Source: Flavobacterium sp. (GTDB lineage: Bacteria > Bacteroidota > Bacteroidia > Flavobacteriales > Flavobacteriaceae). From it: a stretch of 64,000 nt of DNA. A model generated the notes under the pieces. It did not search any database. It had not been told where the DNA came from and was given only the letters and a program-made list of their open reading frames with translations. The position numbers and the translations under genes are program-made. Location: NCBI GenBank assembly GCA_040396655.1, contig JBEBOB010000006.1, positions 12,899-76,898 on the forward strand, in the 5' to 3' direction. How positions within the stretch are numbered: position 1 is the first letter of the stretch; every line of letters begins with the position of its first letter. Below are positions 48,841 through 59,216 of the stretch, piece after piece.

Positions 48841-51021
48841 ATGAAGAAAACGGCTACTCTTGTATCTGTACTTTGTGCCTGTCTGGCACACGCGCAACAA
48901 ACCGATTCACTTCAGGTGAGTAACCTTGATGAAATCATCATCAATGCAAAGTATTACAAAAAGTATGTGGAAAAAGAAGGTTCTTCTTCTTTAAGGCTTG
49001 ATGAAGAGCTTATTAAAATACCGCAGAATATTTCCATCATTACAAACCGTGCCCTGGAAGATCAGCAGGTGACAACGTTGAGCGACGGAGTTTTACGTAA
49101 TGTTGCCGGAGCCCAGCGCCTGGAACACTGGGGTGATATGTATACCCGCGTAAATATGAGGGGATCAAGAGCAGCAGCTTTTTTTAACGGAGTAAACATT
49201 ACATCCAACTGGGGGCCGTTGAGTGAAGATATGAGCTACGTAGACCATATTGAATTTGTTAAAGGACCTTCGGGCTTCCTTATGTCTAACGGGGAACCCA
49301 GCGGTATCTACAACATTGTAACTAAAAAACCTACAGGAAAAGCACTGAACGGCTATACGCGCTTTACGCTTGGAAGCTTCGATATGTACCGGACCGAAAC
49401 CGATATAGATACAAAACTCAGCGATAAATCGGCTTTCCGGTTGAACGTGATGGCGCAGAACAAGAACAGCTTCAGAAAATATGAATTCAACGACAGGTAC
49501 ATATTCAACCCTTCTTTTAAGTTCAACCTTTCCGATAAAACCGTCCTTACAACCGAATACATCTACCAGAAAGCCCGGATGTCGGAAGTTGGATCTGCCT
49601 ACGTCTTTACCTTCGACGGTTATGGTACAAAACCGGTAGATTATACCATTACCGATCCCGGAATTGCACCTACAGAAGTAGACAACCATACATTCAACCT
49701 CAATTTAACCCATCAGTTTAATAAAAATTGGCGACTGACCTCCCAAGTATCGTATATCAACGAATATACCATGGGAAGCGATATCTGGCCAAGTACGTTC
49801 CTTCCAAACGGGATGATGATCAGAAGGCTTAATTTCTGGGAAGCAAGCAATGTCATGAAGTTCGGACAGGTATTCCTTAACGGTTATGAAAAAACCGGCA
49901 GCGTATCACATAAGATTCTGGCAGGACTTGATTTAGGATCCAAAACGTATCTGGCCGACTGGACACAGTGGGGCGATCTCGATAAATACAATGAAAACAA
50001 TGATCTGGAAAGTAATCCCGATTATGCTTATTGGTACGATACCAACAACAATGGGGAATACAAACCGCCTGTAAACGGGTACCCTGTATTCAATTCAAGC
50101 AAACCGCTTAAACAAAGAGCTACGCCATACGGAACCATTGAGCAGGTATATACAGGGCTTTACCTGCAGGATGAACTGGGCTTCTTTAACGATGACCTTC
50201 GTTTAACGCTGGCTGCGCGCTACACCAGTGTGCGTCAGAACGATTACGGAACAGAAAAAAAGGCGGAAAAAGTGACACCGCGCATCGGGCTGAGTTATTC
50301 TGTTGATTCAGGTACTTCGGTATATGCCCTTTACGATCAGGCATTTGTACCTCAGGCAGGATTACTTCGTAACAATGAAACAATAAAGCCGATTACGGGC
50401 AATAATATGGAGATCGGTATTAAACGAGACTGGTTTGGCGGAAAATGGAACAGTACTTTGTCGTTATATAATATTTTACAAAAGAATAAATTAGAGCAGG
50501 ATCCGGAAGATGCGACAGGTAGGTTTTCGATTGTAATGGGCGAAACCCGCGTTCAGGGAGTGGAATTTGATGTAAAAGGGGAAGTTGTAAAAGGGTTCAA
50601 CGTTATTTTCAATTATGCTTTTACCGAAAACAAAGTAACAAAATCAAATACGAACAAGTTTCCTTTGGGAAGCCGTGTTCCGGGATACGCCAAACATACT
50701 TTGAACGGTTGGCTTAACTATATGTTGACCGAGGGAGATCTGGCCGGACTGGGGCTGAGTTTCGGAGGAACCTTTATGGCGGACAGAAGCAGCTGGGACT
50801 GGGGTGCACCGGGAATTCAACAGATGAACGATTACGTTAAGTTTGATGCCGGACTGTCATGGGAAAATTCCAATGTACGCCTGAACCTTAATGTATTCAA
50901 TGTGTTCAACCGCTACCTTTATTCAGGAAGCCCGTACCCTTACGGACCCGATCTTAACGGATATTATTATCAGGCAGAAGCGCCTAGAAACTGGAGATTT
51001 TCTGTCACGTATAAATTTTAA
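48841..51021 (+). CDS. TonB-dependent siderophore receptor
   Basis: Signal peptide, plug (IPQNISII, IEFVKGPSG), barrel, C-terminal PRNWRFSVTYKF. Confidence 0.93.
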   Translation: MKKTATLVSVLCACLAHAQQTDSLQVSNLDEIIINAKYYKKYVEKEGSSSLRLDEELIKIPQNISIITNRALEDQQVTTLSDGVLRNVAGAQRLEHWGDMYTRVNMRGSRAAAFFNGVNITSNWGPLSEDMSYVDHIEFVKGPSGFLMSNGEPSGIYNIVTKKPTGKALNGYTRFTLGSFDMYRTETDIDTKLSDKSAFRLNVMAQNKNSFRKYEFNDRYIFNPSFKFNLSDKTVLTTEYIYQKARMSEVGSAYVFTFDGYGTKPVDYTITDPGIAPTEVDNHTFNLNLTHQFNKNWRLTSQVSYINEYTMGSDIWPSTFLPNGMMIRRLNFWEASNVMKFGQVFLNGYEKTGSVSHKILAGLDLGSKTYLADWTQWGDLDKYNENNDLESNPDYAYWYDTNNNGEYKPPVNGYPVFNSSKPLKQRATPYGTIEQVYTGLYLQDELGFFNDDLRLTLAARYTSVRQNDYGTEKKAEKVTPRIGLSYSVDSGTSVYALYDQAFVPQAGLLRNNETIKPITGNNMEIGIKRDWFGGKWNSTLSLYNILQKNKLEQDPEDATGRFSIVMGETRVQGVEFDVKGEVVKGFNVIFNYAFTENKVTKSNTNKFPLGSRVPGYAKHTLNGWLNYMLTEGDLAGLGLSFGGTFMADRSSWDWGAPGIQQMNDYVKFDAGLSWENSNVRLNLNVFNVFNRYLYSGSPYPYGPDLNGYYYQAEAPRNWRFSVTYKF

Positions 51022-51033
51022 CCGAAGGGGTTC

Positions 51034-52245
51034 ATGACGAAGCAAAAAAAGAAAAAAAATAGTTTTATAAAAAGAATGTCGGCCAAACTGCATTTGTGGT
51101 TAGGACTTTCCGTAGGTGTGCTCGTATTTGTCATTTCCATTACAGGCTGCCTTTACGTATTCAAAGACGAAGTTGAAGGTATTACGCGGAAAGAAGTCAT
51201 CCGCCATCATGAACCCGACACAGAGATGAAACAGGTATTGCCGATAAGGGAACTTGAGCGAAGGGTACAGCAGCAGGTACAGGAAAAATATCCCGTACAC
51301 TGGGTAGATGTACCTATTGACAAAGACCTTTCCTACCGGTTTAACTATTACGAACACAATCCTGCACCTGAGGCATGGAACTATTTTCAGGAACTTGTAG
51401 TGTATAAAACAGCGTATGTAAATCCGTATACGGGAAAAGTGCTGGCTGTTTACGACGAAAAAAACGGTTTTTTCAACATTGTGAAGTTCATTCACTGGAG
51501 TTTCCTGCTGAAATCGGAATGGGGTACTTATGTAGTAGGGATTCCTACACTGATTTTCTTTGTAATGCTCATTACGGGAATTGTTTTGTGGTGGCCTAAA
51601 AACAAAGCGGCAAGGAAACAACGTTTCTGGTTTCGCTGGAAGAACGTAAAAGGCTGGAAACGTAAAAACTACGATATGCACAATATTCTGGGATTTTATG
51701 CTTCGTTTATTGCGGTTATCATTGCCGTTACGGGGTTGTTTTATGCTTTTACCTTTGTACAGGGACTGGTGTATTTTGCTTTTTCGGGTGAAACCCAATA
51801 TCCCGATTTTTCAAAGTATACCACCACGGCTCCGGCCGAACTTCGAAACGAAGAAACGCTTGATAAAATTGGTCGCAAAGTGGAATCACTTTATCCGGAT
51901 GCGTACGGTTACAGTCTTGATCTGGGACACGAACACCTGGACGACCACGAGCATCCCAATTTTGAGATTTACGTGAAGCACCTCTCGTATTCTTACCATA
52001 AAAGCAGCAGCCTTATTTTTGATGAGAATTCCGGAGAGCTGCTTCATCAGCATGATCCGGCCGATAAAAATATGGGAGAAAAAATGGTAGCGGCTAATTA
52101 TGATATCCATGTTGGCGCCATTTTCGGAATCTGGACCAAGATTCTGGCTTTTATAGCAAGTGTTATCTGCGCTTCACTCCCCATAACGGGATTCCTCGTC
52201 TGGCAGGGCCGCAGAAAGAAAAACGCAGCGAAAAAGAATAGCTGA
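51034..52245 (+). CDS. PepSY-associated TM helix protein (ferri-siderophore reductase-like)
   Basis: KLHLWLGLSVG, FIHWSFL, ITGIVLWWP, YDMHNILGFY, YDIHVGAIFG, ITGFLVW. Confidence 0.9.
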   Translation: MTKQKKKKNSFIKRMSAKLHLWLGLSVGVLVFVISITGCLYVFKDEVEGITRKEVIRHHEPDTEMKQVLPIRELERRVQQQVQEKYPVHWVDVPIDKDLSYRFNYYEHNPAPEAWNYFQELVVYKTAYVNPYTGKVLAVYDEKNGFFNIVKFIHWSFLLKSEWGTYVVGIPTLIFFVMLITGIVLWWPKNKAARKQRFWFRWKNVKGWKRKNYDMHNILGFYASFIAVIIAVTGLFYAFTFVQGLVYFAFSGETQYPDFSKYTTTAPAELRNEETLDKIGRKVESLYPDAYGYSLDLGHEHLDDHEHPNFEIYVKHLSYSYHKSSSLIFDENSGELLHQHDPADKNMGEKMVAANYDIHVGAIFGIWTKILAFIASVICASLPITGFLVWQGRRKKNAAKKNS

Positions 52246-52247
52246 AT

Positions 52248-52280
52248 AAAAAACGTATGGTCAAATACCATACGTTTTTT
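52248..52280 (+). terminator. Terminator after the PepSY gene
   Basis: AAAAAACGTATGG-tcaaata-CCATACGTTTTTT. Confidence 0.8.
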
Positions 52281-52419
52281 ATTTTGAAATACCCGTTTTG
52301 CAAATACGATGAGTGTAAAGGGCAATTTTAACTTTTTTAAAAGTTCAATTTGTTGATTTTTAACTGTTTAAATATCCGCTAAAAATCAGGAAAATAGACG
52401 AAAACTCGATACTGTGCCG

Positions 52420-52447
52420 TATATTTGTTTTTAATAAATCTAAATAA
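52420..52447 (+). promoter_or_regulatory. -7 promoter and Fur-box-like element of the second TonB receptor
   Basis: TATATTTG (52420-52427) overlapping TTGTTTTTAATAAATCTAAATAA, whose reverse complement matches the 48792 box at 19/23. Confidence 0.55.
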
Positions 52448-52705
52448 ACATTATGAAATTTTCTGTCAAACTTCTGACCAGAGGATCCGTAAAGGATGCA
52501 ATCAGTTCCATGTCTTTTATCTGTTGCTTTACCCCTCACCTGTTACTTACTGTTTGCGGTACTCCTTAATTCCGTAAACATGCCCTTATAAGGCACCCTT
52601 AACCCGCTTTACAGATTTCAGTTTTCAACTAAAATACCTGCCGGAATACCCTCAATTAGGTAATCCGGTAAGGTTCATAATATCCATCACTAAAAATCAT
52701 TCACA

Positions 52706-55126
52706 ATGAAAAAAATGCGATCATTTATTTTTTGTTTCGCCTTCATCCTGTTCTCTCTGGGCGGTATTGCCCAGCAAAAAGAAAGGATACAGGGCCGGAT
52801 TATGCTTACCGGGGATCTTCCGGTAAAAAACGCTGTTTTAAAACTGCTTAATACACCTTATCAAACTAAAACCGACGGTTCGGGAACATTTTTCTTTAAC
52901 GGGGTTCCCACCGGTGAATACACTCTTCAGGTTTTGGTGAACGATATGGAGCTTACACGTGAAAATATCGAAATCGAATCGGGACAATACGAGATTCCCG
53001 TCATCTATGCAACGGCATACCATTCCGAACTGGAAGGGCTTACCGTTTATGCTTACGGAAGGAACAGGTTTTACGATAAGGACAGTACTTCCGTTGCTAA
53101 AATGCCTCTCAAAAGGTTAGAAAATCCACAATCCTATACAAGCATCAACAGGCAGCTGCTTAAAGAGCAGCTTACAACAGATGTTTCAGAAGCCCTTAAA
53201 AATACGCCCGGAATGGTGAAAATGCAGGGAAGCCCCGGCCGGGCCGGCGGTGACGGTAGTTTTTATTACAGTTTAAGGGGATTCCCCACCAAGATTTCAA
53301 TGGTAGATGGGGTTCCGGCCAATACCAACGGGGAAATAGATCCTGCAGATATTGAACGTATCGAAGTAATCAAAGGGCCTTCTGGAACGTTATACGGAGG
53401 TGCTGTTACTTCCTTTGGAGGGCTCGTAAACATTGTAACCAAAAAGCCTAAAGATTATTTCGGAGGGGAAGTATCCTACCTGTTTGGAAGCTATAACCTT
53501 AACCGTTTAACGGCAGATGTCTACGGACCTTTGACAGATTCTGACAAAACCCTGTTCCGTTTCAACACCGCTTATCAGTACCAGAACGGTTTCAGGGATT
53601 CGGAATTCAGGAAATCGTTTTTTGCCGCTCCCAGCTTCAGCTATCAGGTAAACGACCGGATGCAGTTCAACATCAGTGCCCAGGTTTACAATTACGAAGG
53701 TACAAATACCCCGATCATCTTTTTGGCAAGGACACGGCCGTTTTTTGCCCATACACCTGAAGAACTTGGTTTTGACTGGAAAAGGTCTTATTCAAACAGC
53801 GATATGACATTGAAAGCGCCCTCTATCAATATCAGGGCCGAAGTTGGCTACAAAATTTCCGATAAATGGAGTTCGCAGACCCTTATTTCAAGGAACTCCA
53901 GAAAAACCGAAGGCCTTTATCAATATCAGTTCATCAGGGGAAATGAAAGCGATGCACTGCTGGAGCGAAACATACAGTGGCAGAATGCCGAAGCCTCGTC
54001 TACAAGCATTCAGCAGAACATCAACGGTATTTTCCACATAGGGTCTGTTAAGAACAAGCTGCTCGTGGGACTCGATTACCTGAATCAGTCGTTGCGCAAC
54101 AACAACTCCCCTATCGTAAAATTCGACACCATCAACGGCAGGGACCTTGCCAACGATTACGGCTATATTTCACGTGATCAGGCGCTGAAAAGCATTCAGA
54201 ATGCCAAAGGCGACATGGTCCGGAACTATACTTCCAGCAATATATACGGAGCTTATATTTCGGATGCGGTATACCTTACCGATCGCTGGATCACGCTTTT
54301 AAGCCTGCGCTTAGACCATTACGACAGCAGGGGTCAGCTTAACCTTAACAACAACAAACGCTCGGGTAATTTCAGCCAGACGGCCTGGTCGCCAAAGTTG
54401 GGAATGGTCTACCAGCTGCTGAAAGACCGTCTCTCGGTTTATGCAAACTATATGAACGGTTTCAGTTATGTTGCGCCGGTAACGCAAGAGCTTCCCGACT
54501 ACAGCGGCGATCTCAAACCACAGCTTGCAAGCCAGTGGGAAGCCGGGATCAAGGCAAGCTTTTGGAACAACCGTCTTCATTTTTCAGGAGGATACTATGA
54601 CATACTCGTGGATAATATGTCGAGAGGAATTGAAGTGGAAAGAGACGGGAAAAGCTACAACATTACCATTCAGGACGGTCAGCAGCGCAGTAAGGGAATC
54701 GATTTTGAAATTACGGCCAATCCGGTTGAAGGCCTCAATATTGTAGCTGGATATGCTTATAACGACAGTAAGTTTGTGAAGGCAGATGCCACTGTGGAGG
54801 GCCGCAGACCAGGATCGGCAGGTCCGGCACGTGTATTCAATTCCTGGATAAGCTACGTACTGCCTGTGCACGGACTTCAGGGAATAGCTTTAGGATTCGG
54901 GGTTAACCGGGTAAGCGAACAGATAACGGAAGATAAAACGACAACGGGAAGGTTTACCTTTCCGGCATATACCCTTATCAACGCCTCTGTTTCACTGGAG
55001 AAAGAACGCTATCGTTTCGGGGTAAAAATGAACAACATTGGAAATGCCCAGTATTTCGCAGGTCAGGGCGTTGTTGTGGCACAGATGCCGCGCAACTTTG
55101 CCGCTGAACTTGTCCTTAAGTTTTAA
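52706..55126 (+). CDS. TonB-dependent receptor with an N-terminal CarboxypepD-like domain
   Basis: KTDGSGTFFFNGVPTGEYTL, ENPQSYTSI, IERIEVIKGPSGTLYG, C-terminal PRNFAAELVLKF. Confidence 0.93.
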   Translation: MKKMRSFIFCFAFILFSLGGIAQQKERIQGRIMLTGDLPVKNAVLKLLNTPYQTKTDGSGTFFFNGVPTGEYTLQVLVNDMELTRENIEIESGQYEIPVIYATAYHSELEGLTVYAYGRNRFYDKDSTSVAKMPLKRLENPQSYTSINRQLLKEQLTTDVSEALKNTPGMVKMQGSPGRAGGDGSFYYSLRGFPTKISMVDGVPANTNGEIDPADIERIEVIKGPSGTLYGGAVTSFGGLVNIVTKKPKDYFGGEVSYLFGSYNLNRLTADVYGPLTDSDKTLFRFNTAYQYQNGFRDSEFRKSFFAAPSFSYQVNDRMQFNISAQVYNYEGTNTPIIFLARTRPFFAHTPEELGFDWKRSYSNSDMTLKAPSINIRAEVGYKISDKWSSQTLISRNSRKTEGLYQYQFIRGNESDALLERNIQWQNAEASSTSIQQNINGIFHIGSVKNKLLVGLDYLNQSLRNNNSPIVKFDTINGRDLANDYGYISRDQALKSIQNAKGDMVRNYTSSNIYGAYISDAVYLTDRWITLLSLRLDHYDSRGQLNLNNNKRSGNFSQTAWSPKLGMVYQLLKDRLSVYANYMNGFSYVAPVTQELPDYSGDLKPQLASQWEAGIKASFWNNRLHFSGGYYDILVDNMSRGIEVERDGKSYNITIQDGQQRSKGIDFEITANPVEGLNIVAGYAYNDSKFVKADATVEGRRPGSAGPARVFNSWISYVLPVHGLQGIALGFGVNRVSEQITEDKTTTGRFTFPAYTLINASVSLEKERYRFGVKMNNIGNAQYFAGQGVVVAQMPRNFAAELVLKF

Positions 55127-55140
55127 AATCAGATAAAACG

Positions 55141-55173
55141 AAAAATCCCGGGATACTGTCCCGGGATTTTTTT
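55141..55173. terminator. Bidirectional terminator
   Basis: AAAAATCCCGGGA-tactg-TCCCGGGATTTTT. Confidence 0.85.
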
Positions 55174-55193
55174 ATTATGCATTAAAATAAAGG

Positions 55194-55448
55194 TTATCCA
55201 TGCTTATCGGTACAAAGCATTCTTACCGTTATGCGGTTATTTGAAATATCATCGCCTACGGTGGCAATGGTTAACTGCAGTTCGTAATTTTCATCAATAA
55301 GGGTATTGATAAGCCTTTTGACATCGTCCTTAGTTTGTGAAATAAGGTGGATCATCTCCCTTTTTTCCAGCTTTTTACGGATAAGATCAAGGTCTGTTTC
55401 ATAAAAGCGGTCTGATGCTTCATGAGGTCCGTCCATACTGTTTCCCAT
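55194..55448 (-). CDS. Hypothetical protein
   Basis: 84-aa ORF downstream of dps, no recognised motif. Confidence 0.5.
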   Translation of the reverse strand: MGNSMDGPHEASDRFYETDLDLIRKKLEKREMIHLISQTKDDVKRLINTLIDENYELQLTIATVGDDISNNRITVRMLCTDKHG

Positions 55449-55507
55449 AACATTAATGTAAAGTGATTAACGATTTAAAATACGTTCAGCCGGGGCCGTA
55501 TTGGAAT

Positions 55508-55987
55508 TTATTTCAGGTAGCGTCTGAGCGTCCAGGCCATTTTTTCATGGGCACGGATAAGGTCGGTAAGGAAATCTGCGGTACCCTGATCAGAATATTT
55601 TTCATCGGCATCGTCAATTCCCGCACGGAGGTTCTTGATCACTGTTTCATGATCGCCCAATAATTCCGCAATCATCTCCATATTGGCCGGGTTTTTCCCG
55701 GGATGTTCCTTAAGGGAAGAATTCTTTGAAAACTCTGAGGTGGTACCGATGGCGATTCCGCCCAGTTGGCTGATGCGTTCTGCTATGTTGTCGATGGCTT
55801 CCTGAACCTGTTCGTAATGGGTCTCAAACAGCTGGTGCAGCTCCATAAAATTATCGCCCTGCACATTCCAATGGTATTTTCGCAATTTAAAATACAGTAT
55901 ATGCGAATCGGCAAGGCAGTTGTTCAATATGCCGCAAACGGCTTTGAGGTTTTTGTCGGTAATTCCAATGTCTGGTTTCATAATCAC
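55508..55987 (-). CDS. dps: Dps family DNA-protection ferritin
   Basis: KLRKYHWNVQGDNFMELHQLFE, DNIAERI, HEKMAWTL. Confidence 0.95.
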   Translation of the reverse strand: MIMKPDIGITDKNLKAVCGILNNCLADSHILYFKLRKYHWNVQGDNFMELHQLFETHYEQVQEAIDNIAERISQLGGIAIGTTSEFSKNSSLKEHPGKNPANMEMIAELLGDHETVIKNLRAGIDDADEKYSDQGTADFLTDLIRAHEKMAWTLRRYLK

Positions 55988-56154
55988 AATTTTTTAATTT
56001 CTTTATGTTGAAAATACGAAAAAAAACCGAGATAACCTATTTTATTTAAAGACCAATAATCTTTTATGCACTGTATAAGATCAACATCAAACATCTTATG
56101 TTAAAGAAAATGTTTTTTTTAAATTTGTTAACATTAATAAACCTAAAGTGTATT

Positions 56155-56478
56155 ATGAGATTAAGCATTAAATCAAAAGACCCGCATATGCTATTGGAAA
56201 AAATCCAGCATTTTCTGCATTCTAACAGTAATTTCGGCTGGCATATGGTAACAAATAAAGACGGCCTGGCTGAATTTACCCCTAAGGACGGAATGTTTCA
56301 GGATAAAACCTCTATGTATTTTTACTTAAGGCCATTGGGAAACAAAGTGTATCTTCGAGGGGAGTTTACAAAAAACAGTACAGACCCGTTCCTTAACAAT
56401 TCCATACTCGGAATGCTTATAGGCACGCTGCTGAATAATTTCAGATCAGACATTACACGCCTGAGCGTATTAAAATAA
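56155..56478 (+). CDS. Hypothetical protein
   Basis: Promoter TAAATTTG at 56120-56127 favours ATG 56155; terminator AAAGCGGGC-ata-GCCCGCTTT at about 56501-56521. Confidence 0.55.
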   Translation: MRLSIKSKDPHMLLEKIQHFLHSNSNFGWHMVTNKDGLAEFTPKDGMFQDKTSMYFYLRPLGNKVYLRGEFTKNSTDPFLNNSILGMLIGTLLNNFRSDITRLSVLK

Positions 56479-56935
56479 TACCTTATATACCAACATACGT
56501 AAAGCGGGCATAGCCCGCTTTTTTTGGTGTTTTTAGGTTTATTTACTGATTCAGTCAAGCAGTTATCCTGTGGCTGGGAGTTAAACATCTGTAATTTAAA
56601 AATGTAATTCGTTCAAAATAAGGTGTTTATTTAGAATGTTTTGAAAAATGTTAAATTCTAATCGGATTTTAATATATTGTTAAAATTTTTACATTACCTT
56701 TGCTTAAATACGTGTTTTTTTGGTTTTATAGGCATCTGTCGGCTTCGGCAGGTGCTTATATTTTTTATAGCTAAATTCTTTTATATCCAGGTATACTGGT
56801 TAATGTGTCCAAATAGGTAAAAAAAGGAATAAACAGCATTTAGGATGTTAATTTAATGGAATTAAAGCGTTTTAATTTAAATATTATTGTGTATATTTAT
56901 AAGTGAATTTATATAATATTTAAATTTAACAAGCT

Positions 56936-57316
56936 ATGAGAAAAACAGGAAACACATTGGCCGCCGTTCTTGCGGGAGCAGCTGCGGGGGCACTGGCAGG
57001 CGTATTGCTTGCCCCGGATCAGGGTAAAGAAACCAGAAGAAAGATTTCCGATGGTATCAAATCCGGAGCAGACGATCTTAACAGCAAGATGGACCAGTTG
57101 AAACAAACCGTTTCGGGTTTTGTTTCTTCTAAAAAAGAAGACTTCGAATCGGGATTTAACAGTCTTATCGAAAAAGCAAAAGCAGAAAAACATGATGTCA
57201 TTGCCGCGCTTGAACAGAAATTATCCGAACTAAAAGGCAGCAACATGCCAATGGCCGGCAGTACTTCAGACAAGATGAATGCTTCAAACAATAACAGAAC
57301 CAATCTCAAAGGTTAA
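56936..57316 (+). CDS. YtxH domain general stress protein
   Basis: LAGAAAGALAGVLLAPDQGKETRRKI. Confidence 0.9.
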   Translation: MRKTGNTLAAVLAGAAAGALAGVLLAPDQGKETRRKISDGIKSGADDLNSKMDQLKQTVSGFVSSKKEDFESGFNSLIEKAKAEKHDVIAALEQKLSELKGSNMPMAGSTSDKMNASNNNRTNLKG

Positions 57317-57397
57317 ACGAAGCAGGAAAAACTCTTAAAAAAGAGGTCTTAAAAGTACAGGATAGTAAAAAAAAGAAAATCATTAAAAAAAATTGTT

Positions 57398-57556
57398 ATG
57401 AGAGATTTAATTTGGCTTATAGCCGTGGTGCTCATTATATTATGGGCTGTTGGTTATTTTGGTTTTGGAGAAGCAGTAGGTAGCTTCATCCACATTTTAT
57501 TGGTATTGGCTGTCATTGTAATCCTTTATCGTCTGATTACCGGCAGAAGGCCTTAA
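57398..57556 (+). CDS. lmo0937/DUF5670-like small membrane protein (not in ORF track)
   Basis: 52 aa MRDLIWLIAVVLIILWAVGYFGFGEAVGSFIHILLVLAVIVILYRLITGRRP; terminator at 57566-57591. Confidence 0.85.
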   Translation: MRDLIWLIAVVLIILWAVGYFGFGEAVGSFIHILLVLAVIVILYRLITGRRP

Positions 57557-57649
57557 ACTACATAGACAAACCTCCCGAACGGGAGGTTTGTTATTATAGG
57601 GTTTTACCCTTTACAGTAGTATACTTAAAACCTTACTCCCCATCGTTAT

Positions 57650-57910
57650 ATGGAAGATATTACAGGAATCGTTGCCGGAATCCTTACTTCAGCGGCTATG
57701 GTTCCGCAGCTCGTCAAAGTCCTCAGGGAAAAAAATGTTGAAAACCTTTCAAAGGTAATGCTGTGCGTTTTAATTTTGGGCGTTTCGCTGTGGGTGGTAT
57801 ACGGTGTGCTTAAAAGTGAGTGGCCCATTATTCTTTCCAATGCTTTTTCAGTGGCGGTTAACAGCACCCTGCTCCTATGCTGCTTCCTATTTGAAAAGAA
57901 GAAAAACTGA
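57650..57910 (+). CDS. SemiSWEET (PQ-loop) sugar transporter
   Basis: AGILTSAAMVPQLVKV, LWVVYGVL, PIILSN; three TM. Confidence 0.9.
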   Translation: MEDITGIVAGILTSAAMVPQLVKVLREKNVENLSKVMLCVLILGVSLWVVYGVLKSEWPIILSNAFSVAVNSTLLLCCFLFEKKKN

Positions 57911-57918
57911 CAATGACA

Positions 57919-58197
57919 TCAGCGGAACGAATGTGAGGTCCTCTTCATCTTTTTACATAGCAGTTCCAAACTGCTTTTTTCTTCATGCGGAAGTGTATTT
58001 TTGTAAAGGTACATCCTAACCTGCATATTAAGTTCATGCAGGTAAGTACCTACCACTGCCTTTTGTAAATCCAGTTTTTGCACCAATTCGTTCCATATTC
58101 GCAATTTATCAGCAGGAATCACATCTGTATGACCTTGTTCCATAATGTGTTGCATAACCATTTTCAGTAATACGTATTCTTCAGAATTGAATTTCAT
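57919..58197 (-). CDS. Hypothetical protein
   Basis: 92-aa ORF, no recognised motif. Confidence 0.45.
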   Translation of the reverse strand: MKFNSEEYVLLKMVMQHIMEQGHTDVIPADKLRIWNELVQKLDLQKAVVGTYLHELNMQVRMYLYKNTLPHEEKSSLELLCKKMKRTSHSFR

Positions 58198-58410
58198 GCT
58201 TCATCAAATTACAAAATGCAAAAATACTTATTATAGTTTTAGATCCCTAAAAGGGTTCTTAAAATAGTGTGTATTCAAGTAATAAATTTTGTTTTAACCT
58301 CTTTAAAATGGAAATATTTTTTTAGGTGAAAGCAGCACTTTTTATATCTTAGCTCCGTCATCAGCAAATTCCATTAAACAAACATCAAAAGCAAGAAAAC
58401 ATCAGAACTT

Positions 58411-59205
58411 ATGGACCATTGTCAAAATTGCAATCAGGACATTAACGGAAATTTCTGTTCCAACTGTGGTCAGAAAAAATACAAACGTATTGATAAAAAG
58501 TATATCTGGGATGAAATACAGTATACCATACTGCATACCAATAAAGGGTTTCTTTATTCGGTTAAGAGCATTCTTAAAAATCCGGGTGCTACTGCTAAGG
58601 AGTTTATAGAAGGAAACAGGGTCAACCATTACAAACCCATTTTGTTGGGGTTTGTATTAAGTGGACTTTCTGCGTTTGTTTCCTATAAAGTTTTGGGATT
58701 CAAAGAAGTAATGACGGCGTTTATTAATGAGAAACATTTGAATTCGAACTTAATGACGGATATGATGTCTTTTATGACAAGTTATAATTCCATTATTATG
58801 TTGTTTATGATTCCTTTATTTGCACTTATAACTAAAATTGCCTTTCGCAAATGGGGACATAATTATTATGAGCATGTTGTAATGAATGCCTATATTTTAT
58901 CTTTTTACAATTTGGTGAGCATCTTATTGCTCTATCCCATTATGTTTGCATTCCGTCATAATCCCGATGTATTTTTTATTATGACGCAGACGTCGGTTCT
59001 TTTTATACCGTTTATCCTGTTATGGTTTTTTATGGGGTTTTATAAGGAAAGAACATTTAAGGCTGTACTTATACGCGTGTTGGGTGTTATGGCACTTACT
59101 CTTTTATTTTATCTATTTCTCGTGGTGATGGCTTCCTTGCTTGCAGGTATTGTTATGGCTTTAATAAAAGGGCCTGAAGCAATGAAATACATACAACCCA
59201 AATAA
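58411..59205 (+). CDS. DUF3667 domain membrane protein
   Basis: Zinc ribbon CQNC...FCSNCGQ, NPGATAKEFIEGNRVNHYKP, several TM helices. Confidence 0.85.
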   Translation: MDHCQNCNQDINGNFCSNCGQKKYKRIDKKYIWDEIQYTILHTNKGFLYSVKSILKNPGATAKEFIEGNRVNHYKPILLGFVLSGLSAFVSYKVLGFKEVMTAFINEKHLNSNLMTDMMSFMTSYNSIIMLFMIPLFALITKIAFRKWGHNYYEHVVMNAYILSFYNLVSILLLYPIMFAFRHNPDVFFIMTQTSVLFIPFILLWFFMGFYKERTFKAVLIRVLGVMALTLLFYLFLVVMASLLAGIVMALIKGPEAMKYIQPK

Positions 59206-59216
59206 TATTTTTCGGG

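Noticed and set aside
51100-51798. 232-aa antisense ORF, and similar ones such as 36819..37337, 37978..38547, 49165..49689 and 4806..5270
   Set aside because: They lie opposite well-supported genes, lack motifs and have atypical composition.
52448-52705. Cobalamin or other known riboswitch upstream of the TonB receptor
   Set aside because: No B12-box or other recognisable riboswitch consensus seen by eye.
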